Of a stretch of DNA of 64,000 bases, positions 57,261 through 64,000 are shown in pieces. This DNA comes from Candidatus Latescibacterota bacterium. Lineage in GTDB: Bacteria > Latescibacterota > UBA2968 > UBA8231. How positions within the stretch are numbered: the first letter of the stretch is position 1; each line of letters opens with the position of its first letter. Below the pieces are notes generated by a model. It was not told the origin of the DNA. It made no database searches and saw nothing but the letters and a program-made list of their open reading frames with translations. A program made the position numbers and the translations under genes. The DNA is taken from assembly GCA_965219385.1 (NCBI GenBank), contig CBDCNM010000001.1, positions 484,631 to 548,630 on the forward strand, given 5' to 3'.

Positions 57261-58466
57261 GTGAAACGGTCCACCACCCACCCTCAGGTGCATCCCTTGG
57301 CTACCATTGATCGGATCGAGAAGTTCTTCGCTCGCGTAGGCGACTTTTGCCAAATCGTCGGCGCCACGGTCGTCCTGATAGTTCTTGGCCATTGCGCCTT
57401 GGCTATTGTCTATCTCTTCGTTGATGTCTACCTGAAAACGGATGTGCGCAACACTTCACCGGTTTACGACAACTTTCCCGAGGCGAGCGAATACTGGAAC
57501 GAGTTCGAGGAGAGCTATAGTCCGCATTTCGAGCCCTTTTTTCACCACAGGCGCGACGCGTACGCGGGCAAGTTCATCAATATCAGCCAAGATGGCGTGC
57601 GGCGGACGGTCAAGCCGAGCAGTGTAACCGGTGAAATCAAGGTATTTGTGATCGGCGGATCGACGATGTGGGGGACTGGAGTTCCCGACGACAAGACGAT
57701 CCCGTCCATCTTACAATCACTCCTCGGCGATCACTACGACGTATACAATTTCGGCGAAAGCGGGTTCATGTCGGCGCACGAACTAAACTATCTGCTCTTC
57801 CAGCTCGCCCACGGCAATATTCCAGACATCGTCATCTTCTACGACGGCGTTAACGACGGATACGCTGGAGCCTATTCACCCGCTGTTCCCAGGGAACCAA
57901 GGTTGCGGTTCCAGAGGATGCGGTTCGGCACCCACAACCCGCTGATTGATCTTTACCGTGGGTCGAGCTACAGTCGTCTCATAGGATATCTTACCCGCGC
58001 CGCAAGTACCCGGCGTTGGGAAGAACGGGTTGCGCAGAACATTCTGAAAAACAGCAATGCCGTCGTCGACATCTACGAAGCGCACATCAAACAGGTCAAA
58101 GCAATCGCCAAGGACTACGGATTCGAGGCCTATTTCTTCTGGCAGCCCCACCTTTTCAGCCTGACTCGGAGCCCGTTCGACGACTATGAACGCAGGGTGA
58201 TTGAAGCGGCCTCACCAGTCTTGGTAGAAAGCCAGCGCCAAGTCTTCCTGGCCGCAAAGGAGCGTTTCTCAGGACGGGAAGAGGATAACATCCACTTCCT
58301 GGGCCACGTTTTCGACGACGTTGCGGAGTTGATCTACATCGATTGGAACCATATCGGACCGAACGGCAGCGAAATCATCGCGCAGGAGATGTTTCGCCGT
58401 CTCGGGGTCGAATCCTCTGACGGCAATCGCACCACAAGAGGACCATCATGGCGCGAGAGAAGGTGA
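57261..58466 (+). CDS. SGNH/GDSL hydrolase family protein, membrane-anchored
   Basis: IGGSTMWG, YNFG, FYDGVND, DWNH. Confidence 0.85.
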   Translation: MKRSTTHPQVHPLATIDRIEKFFARVGDFCQIVGATVVLIVLGHCALAIVYLFVDVYLKTDVRNTSPVYDNFPEASEYWNEFEESYSPHFEPFFHHRRDAYAGKFINISQDGVRRTVKPSSVTGEIKVFVIGGSTMWGTGVPDDKTIPSILQSLLGDHYDVYNFGESGFMSAHELNYLLFQLAHGNIPDIVIFYDGVNDGYAGAYSPAVPREPRLRFQRMRFGTHNPLIDLYRGSSYSRLIGYLTRAASTRRWEERVAQNILKNSNAVVDIYEAHIKQVKAIAKDYGFEAYFFWQPHLFSLTRSPFDDYERRVIEAASPVLVESQRQVFLAAKERFSGREEDNIHFLGHVFDDVAELIYIDWNHIGPNGSEIIAQEMFRRLGVESSDGNRTTRGPSWRERR

Positions 58467-59506
58467 AGATCGGCTTTGTCGGCGTGGGCACCATGGGGCA
58501 ATGCGCCCATTTGAAGAACTACACCGTGCTCGAAGAGTGCGCGGTGGTAGGCCATCGCCGAACTCCTCGAAGAGCAGGGGCGCAAGGTAGCGGCCCGCTA
58601 CGGGGTGCCGCGGACCTATCGCGATCACCGGGAAATGCTGGAAAGAGAAACTCTGGACGGCATTGTCGCGGCACAGCCTTTCAATCGGCATGGCATCCTG
58701 GTGCCCGAACTGCTAAAGGCCGGGGTGCCCGTCTTCACCGAGAAGCCCCTCGCAGCCTCGGTCGAGGTGGGCGCAAAGATCGTCCAGGCCGTCGAAGAAA
58801 GCGGCACCTGGCACATGCTCGGCTACCACAAGCGCAGCGCCCCGGCCGTGGTGTACGCCAGGGAGGAGATCCAGGGGTTGCAGGCGTCGGGCGCGCTGGG
58901 CAAAATGACCTACGTGCGCATCCTCATGCCGGCCGGAGACTTTATCGCCGGCGGCTTTGACGACCTGATCCGCACCTCCGAATCCGGGCCCGATCTCCAG
59001 TTCGATCCCCCGGCCGCGGATATGTCGGGGGAGGTCTTCCGGGAGTACGGGCGCTTCGTCAACTACTACATCCACCAGGTCAATCTGATGCGCCATTTGC
59101 TCGGCGAGCCATACCAGGTGAAGTACGCGGATCCTTCGGGGGTGCTGCTGGTCGGGCAGAGTGCCGGCGGGGTGGCCTGCTCGATTGAAATGTCGCCCTA
59201 CCAGACCAGCATCGCCTGGCAGGAGTCGGCCCTGGTCTGCTTCGAGCGCGGCTATATCCGCATCGACTTGCCCGCCCCTCTGGCCAGCAATCGGCCCGGA
59301 CGGGTGGAGATCTTCCGCGATCCGGGCGGGGGCTCCCGGCCGGAAACGGTGGTGCCCCAGCTCCCTGGGTGCACGCCATGCGCCAGCAGGCCGCCCATTT
59401 CGTCGCCGCCATCAAGGGCGAGAAGGAGCCGCTCACCCAGGCGCGGGAAGCCCTGGAGGATCTCAGGCTCGCCCGGGAATACATCCGTTTGCTGAGAGGG
59501 GTGTAA
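58448..59506 (+). pseudogene. Gfo/Idh/MocA oxidoreductase with two compensating single-base frameshifts (near 58550 and 59364)
   Basis: KIGFVGVGTMG start; +1 shift to AIAELLE..VFTEKPLA..GYHKR; -1 shift to WVHAMRQQA..LLRGV* (TAA 59504-59506). May be sequencing error. Confidence 0.8.
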
Positions 59507-59631
59507 CCCCCCACAAAACGCGGCCGGCAACATCCCCTTCCAGTCTCGGTCCGGGCATGTTCACGCGGTTTCATGGTGTGCTGAGGATAGTGCCGATTAC
59601 CAGGACGCGATCGACGCGGCCCTGGGAGTGG

Positions 59632-60441
59632 CTAGTGCCCGCGTGTCCCGGCCATCCACCGGTGCGTCAAAAAGGCCGCGAGCAGGGAGCCGGCGGTCAG
59701 CCACAACAGCCACTCCGGCGAGGAGTGCGGGTAATCGACATAAATCCGGACCAGGCCGGAGTCGTCTTTGAGGGGGGTAGCGCGCGGGGAGAGCAAGTTG
59801 TGGAGACCGCTTTCCCGGCGCTCGTTCACCACACTGCCCCTGAACCCACCCACGTACAGCGGAAACTCCACTACCTGTCCGGCCCTCTTGAGGTGGAGGG
59901 TGTGCAAGCCGGACTTTTCGGGCTGCAGCCGCCAGACCACCCGGCGGAGCGCCGGTTCGCGTACCGAGGCGCTTATTCTATCTGTGCCTCGGGTCCATTC
60001 CAGCGCCAGGTCCATATTGTTGGACTGGCGCAATTCCGCCGTCAACAGCACCCTGGATCCGGGGGCGATGGGGTTCAGGCCAAAGCGGTAGTGGGCTTGT
60101 ACGAGCAGGGGGAAGATTGCGAGCAGGGCCAGGACCAGGGGCGGGAAAAGGGCCCTGACATAGCGCCAGTTGGCTACCAGCAATGCCTTATGGGCGCGCA
60201 GACTCAGCAGGGGATCGCGACGGTAGAGCCAGATCTCCAGGAGGGCCGCCCACAGGTCATTGCGGGCCTGGTGCCGGCGCTCCCGGTTCACCAGCAGGGT
60301 GAACAGCGCGGAGAAGATAACTCCCAGAATAAGCGCAAGCCCCAGGATTTCGGCCGTCCTTCCCAGGGGTTCTACAAGGCCCATAACGCCATCGAAGCCC
60401 GCGTTGAAAAAACGGTTGCAGTGAATGATCAGGGTTTGCAT
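59632..60441 (-). CDS. Hypothetical membrane protein
   Basis: About three hydrophobic segments; last gene of the phosphodiesterase operon, abutting the upstream stop. Confidence 0.7.
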   Translation of the reverse strand: MQTLIIHCNRFFNAGFDGVMGLVEPLGRTAEILGLALILGVIFSALFTLLVNRERRHQARNDLWAALLEIWLYRRDPLLSLRAHKALLVANWRYVRALFPPLVLALLAIFPLLVQAHYRFGLNPIAPGSRVLLTAELRQSNNMDLALEWTRGTDRISASVREPALRRVVWRLQPEKSGLHTLHLKRAGQVVEFPLYVGGFRGSVVNERRESGLHNLLSPRATPLKDDSGLVRIYVDYPHSSPEWLLWLTAGSLLAAFLTHRWMAGTRGH

Positions 60442-60636
60442 CTACTCGATGTACCCGAGGCCTTTGAGGCGCTGGTCGATTTTTTTCTGGTCCGGGATTT
60501 GCCCGCGGTTGAGTTCTTTCTCGATACAGTGGTGCACGAATTCTTCCACACTGGCGTAACCCATCTGCTCGACATGGGCCTTGAGGCGCCGCACCAGTTC
60601 GTCGTCCAGGGTGATCCTGTGTTTGAAAAGCGCCAT
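60442..60636 (-). CDS. Small ribbon-helix-helix-like protein ending in RLKGLGYIE
   Basis: GGAGG RBS; RITLDDELVRRL..GYASVEEFV..CIEKEL pattern. Confidence 0.75.
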   Translation of the reverse strand: MALFKHRITLDDELVRRLKAHVEQMGYASVEEFVHHCIEKELNRGQIPDQKKIDQRLKGLGYIE

Positions 60637-60647
60637 TTTGCTACCTC

Positions 60648-62609
60648 CTACTCCTCCCAGATGGAATGCCCCGACATGGTTGCCGGGGGCGCAATGCCGT
60701 AGTACTCGAGGATACTCACCGGAATATCCCGCAAATGGTGCGGGATCGGCTTGAGGGGTTTATTGCTCAGCAGCACGCCCGGCACCGCTTCGGCCGCCAT
60801 GCAGTGATCGCCGCTCCAGGCGGACAGATTGTCCTGCAAGACTGCGCTGGAAAGCTGGCCGATGGCGGCTTCGCCCGAGGCGCGGTAGCCCCTGGAATAG
60901 CCGATGATCAGGTCGGGAGCCAGGCCGGGATAAGCAGCGGTGGCTTTTTCCGTGCGGTAGACTTTTTGGATGACCTGGCGCCCGTTTTCGGGATCCTGCA
61001 CGGCCACTAGCCGGCGGCTCAACTCGTCCAGGAGTTTTTCCTTTGCGCCGGGTGATACCACCCCGTTCTGCTCCCGACCGCGGATATTCAGGTAGAGCGC
61101 GTTGAGACCCAGGCCATAAGCCCGGGTTGCGGCCCAGTTCACCTGCCCTTCTCTGAGCAGGTGGGCCTCTTCGAGCCGGGTGTGCGGATCGAGGGCGAGG
61201 TAGCCTTGCCGGGCCAGCCAGGTATTGAGGTTGAAGGAACGCTCGTACCCGGCAAAACCGTGATCCGACAGGACGATGATATCCGCGCCCTCGTCCAGGA
61301 GTTCCATGCCTTCTCCGAGCAAGTCATCCATGGCGATGTAGTGGTCCACAATGGCGTGCTGGTACTTGGCATACTCCGGCCGGTGGCCCGGGTGGTCGCT
61401 CGCGCTAGCGCGCCAGAGCATGTGGCAGGTCTGGTCGAGGCTGTGGACATAGAAAAACAGCATGCCGGCTTCAAAACGACCCAGTTCGTGGCGCAGCTGG
61501 TGCCGGCGTTCTTTGAGGGTCAGGGCGTCCTGGGCCAGAAAATCATCGTAGTCAAAGACGCCGGCTTCGAGGGCCTTGGTATCGTCCGGCATGCCCTGGG
61601 TGTAGTACGGGCCAATGGCCTGTTGCAACTCGGCGGCGGCTTCCTCAGGGGCGGAAATGGGCATGGCCGGATGGGCGGGATCCATATTCACGGGCGTCAG
61701 GTAAAGCTGTAAAAAGGGGGTGGTCGCTTTCAGGTAAAAGCGGGCGATCCCCCGCAGGTGCGCCAAGCTGTAGGGTTTGCGACCGTAGCCAATGTGGACC
61801 CAGGGGCTCCACTCTCCGGCCAGCAACACCAGGCGCTGCTTGCCGAGGACGATTTCCGCGGCCTGGTGGGGCCGGTCGAGGTGGATCTCGAAATAACTTT
61901 GATAGGATTTCCCCTCCAGCACAGGGCCTTGGATCAGCAGTCTGGACCACCCGTTTTCCGCTTGCGCGCTGATTATCTTGCCGCCGGGCACTTCCAGTTC
62001 CCCTCCGGGCGCCAGCCCGGTGCCGCCCTTTTCCATATGCTCAGGTACAGTATAAGGACCATCGGTGTAGTAGGTAAAGGTGCCGTAGGTCCCCAGCATG
62101 TCCGGGGTGCCCATGCCGGAGAAGGCGCGGACACAGCCGCAGGAGATCGGAGAAGAGGGGGGGAAATTGGCCGGAACCTTGAAAATGGTCGAGGGAATAT
62201 CGCCGGCGGCCAGGATTTCCCAGAAGGGCCGGCCCCGGCGCAGCAACTCCATCCGGCCAGAGGCGTCCTTGCGCGCGGTGGATAGAAACGGGGCCATGGT
62301 CCGCGGATCCCGGTGGACAAAGTCGAAAATTCCGTGGCCCTGGGGATCCAGGCCGGTGATAAAGCTGGACCAGGCCACCGGGCTCTGGGGCGGCATGCTG
62401 GTTTGCAGAGGGACAAAACCGCCGCGCCGGGCCAAATCCTGGAAATGAGGCATCCGGCCCGCGGCCATCAAGCCCTCCAGGATCTGCGGGTCCATGCCGT
62501 CGATACCCAGCACCAGCAGCCGGTCCGGGGGCGGCTCGGGCTGGCAGCTCCAGGTCCACAGGAGGAAGCCGATCAGGGCAATGGAAAGGGGCGGTCTAGT
62601 TGGTTTCAT
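60648..62609 (-). CDS. Alkaline phosphatase superfamily, type I phosphodiesterase/nucleotide pyrophosphatase
   Basis: VLGIDGMD, PPQSPVAWS..TG..HGIFDF, LSDHGF, WSGDH; start ATG 62609 with signal peptide. Confidence 0.88.
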   Translation of the reverse strand: MKPTRPPLSIALIGFLLWTWSCQPEPPPDRLLVLGIDGMDPQILEGLMAAGRMPHFQDLARRGGFVPLQTSMPPQSPVAWSSFITGLDPQGHGIFDFVHRDPRTMAPFLSTARKDASGRMELLRRGRPFWEILAAGDIPSTIFKVPANFPPSSPISCGCVRAFSGMGTPDMLGTYGTFTYYTDGPYTVPEHMEKGGTGLAPGGELEVPGGKIISAQAENGWSRLLIQGPVLEGKSYQSYFEIHLDRPHQAAEIVLGKQRLVLLAGEWSPWVHIGYGRKPYSLAHLRGIARFYLKATTPFLQLYLTPVNMDPAHPAMPISAPEEAAAELQQAIGPYYTQGMPDDTKALEAGVFDYDDFLAQDALTLKERRHQLRHELGRFEAGMLFFYVHSLDQTCHMLWRASASDHPGHRPEYAKYQHAIVDHYIAMDDLLGEGMELLDEGADIIVLSDHGFAGYERSFNLNTWLARQGYLALDPHTRLEEAHLLREGQVNWAATRAYGLGLNALYLNIRGREQNGVVSPGAKEKLLDELSRRLVAVQDPENGRQVIQKVYRTEKATAAYPGLAPDLIIGYSRGYRASGEAAIGQLSSAVLQDNLSAWSGDHCMAAEAVPGVLLSNKPLKPIPHHLRDIPVSILEYYGIAPPATMSGHSIWEE

Positions 62610-64000
62610 CCTGCTCGGTGGGGGCCGCGAACAAATCCCTGCCCTGCATATAGGAGGGAGGATCCACCCCGAAGAGGCGCAGGATGGAAGGGGGCAGGTC
62701 CAGTAGGGCGGGGTCGGAAACCTCGATCTTGCGGTTGCAGAAAAACACCCCTGGTACCAGGCGCGGGTCCACGCAGTGATCGCCGCTCCAGTGCCGGGTA
62801 TTGTCTTCAAAAACCTTCTCTGTGGCCTTGCCGCTGGCCCCGCTCCAGGCGGCGCGGTACCCGGCATTGTAGCCGATCAATAAATCCGGACCCTCATCAA
62901 TATAGGGACCGCTGAAACAAGCCTGGGTGTCCCAGGCTTTATTGATGGCGACCTGTCCTTTTTCCCGGTCCATCAGGCCGCTGAGTTTCTCGCACAATTC
63001 GGCCTTGAGTTGGCGAAGTTCAGGGCCCGGCTCGACAATCCCGGCGGCTTCCCGTCCCCGGAGGTTGACAAACAGTCCGGTGAGGCCCAGGGCAAAGGCC
63101 CGGGTGCGGCTCCAGTCGACCCCCTCCAGCCACTCGCCGCTCTGCGCGCGGTCGTCGCGCAAGAAAAGGTAGCCGTTCTGGTGCAGCCAGGTATTGAGGT
63201 TGACGCCTCTTTTGAAGGAGCAAAAGCCGTGGTCGGAGATCACCATGAGGATGGTGCGGGGATCCTCGATCTGGGCCAGGGTGCGGCTCACCAGATCGTC
63301 CATGCGGGCGTACATATCGGGGATGACCCCGGCCCAACCTTCGACTTCTTTGCCCTGGTTGGCCGGGTGGGTGGGGTCGAGGGTGCGGAAGAACATGTGC
63401 TGGATGCGGTCAGGGCCGTCGAAGACGCATGCGGTCAGGCCTTTTCGGGTTTTTTCGAGGGCGTGGAAGAACATGGCTTCGCGCTCGGCGTGGAGCAGGT
63501 AGGCCTGGTCGAGAAAGGCCTGCTCGTCGATGATGCCGGCATTCAGGGCGTCGGTGTCCTCGGCCAGACCCAGGGTGGCGAACGGTCCCAGCCGCCGGCA
63601 CAGGTAGGGCGCATAGGAGCCGGGGCGGGAAAGCGGCAGGCTAGGGTGGGCAGGATCGATCTGGATGGGGGTAATGTAGAGCTTGAAAGGCTCGGCTTCG
63701 AGCAGGTAGAAGCGGCACAGGCCGCGCAGGCGGATGCCCGGAGCGGGCCTGAAATAAAGCTCCACCCAGGGGGTATACACCTTCTTCCGCAGGGCTATTT
63801 TTCGGTCTCCAAAAACCAGGGTGGCCGTGTCGGTGGCGGGATCTGCTTCTATGGCCAGGTCCAGCTCCAGGATCCGTCCATCCTGGCGCAGGGGGTTGGG
63901 GGGACCGGGTATCCTGGCCCGGGCTCTGCCCTCGACCAGCTCGAGGTGTATGGTCCGGCCCTGGGGCTGGTCTTGTGGGGCCGGCTCGCCGGTGAGATAA
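62596..64000 (-). CDS. Second type I phosphodiesterase family protein (5' partial)
   Basis: Frame open to the window end; DRIQHMF, ISDHGF, WSGDH; paralogue of the neighbour. Confidence 0.88.
   Translation of the reverse strand, partial: YLTGEPAPQDQPQGRTIHLELVEGRARARIPGPPNPLRQDGRILELDLAIEADPATDTATLVFGDRKIALRKKVYTPWVELYFRPAPGIRLRGLCRFYLLEAEPFKLYITPIQIDPAHPSLPLSRPGSYAPYLCRRLGPFATLGLAEDTDALNAGIIDEQAFLDQAYLLHAEREAMFFHALEKTRKGLTACVFDGPDRIQHMFFRTLDPTHPANQGKEVEGWAGVIPDMYARMDDLVSRTLAQIEDPRTILMVISDHGFCSFKRGVNLNTWLHQNGYLFLRDDRAQSGEWLEGVDWSRTRAFALGLTGLFVNLRGREAAGIVEPGPELRQLKAELCEKLSGLMDREKGQVAINKAWDTQACFSGPYIDEGPDLLIGYNAGYRAAWSGASGKATEKVFEDNTRHWSGDHCVDPRLVPGVFFCNRKIEVSDPALLDLPPSILRLFGVDPPSYMQGRDLFAAPTEQDETN

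Noticed and set aside
1..64000. CRISPR array, rRNA, tRNA, transposase, integrase or reverse transcriptase
   Set aside because: No regularly spaced repeats, RNA-gene signatures or catalytic motifs recognised by eye; tRNAscan/cmscan not run.

Overview
A GC-rich bacterial chromosomal segment. The DUF6785-type membrane proteins, many FlgD-Ig/T9SS-like C-terminal domains and a 'TAVExxSWGxIK' tail suggest Ca. Latescibacterota or a related FCB-group lineage; this is inference. From left to right: (1) 1-3815, an AT-richer, minus-strand integron-like cassette array with no integrase in the window. It has an attI-like site, cassettes for an NYN nuclease, a receiver plus soluble histidine-kinase pair, higBA with a frameshifted toxin and a TIM-barrel gene, and two homologous attC-like elements, one with a compensated GAT/ATC core instead of GTT/AAC. 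(2) A HAD dehalogenase and a GH127 gene. (3) A Pho-regulon locus: pstSCAB-phoU is intact, but the divergent TonB-receptor/secreted-protein/HAD operon and phoB-phoR are collapsed by several internal deletions. (4) A cytochrome c-PCuAC fusion with SCO, a secreted metalloprotease, a DgoD-like enzyme, phnY*-phnZ, creatininase/CocE/NCS1/flavin oxidoreductase genes, a secreted agmatine deiminase-like gene and ispG. (5) 32-52 kb, an uncharacterised envelope cluster: two DUF6785 paralogues, three paralogous secreted 'FTPNGDG' C-terminal-domain proteins, a lipoprotein foldase, a Ca-motif/beta-barrel-like protein, a TPR protein and a sugar-binding-like protein. (6) An ArnT-like glycosyltransferase, CRTAC1-TPR, an SGNH hydrolase, a frameshifted Gfo/Idh/MocA gene and a phosphodiesterase operon running off the right edge. 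No rRNA, tRNA, CRISPR array or transposase was seen. All calls are by eye from motifs; no database searches were run.
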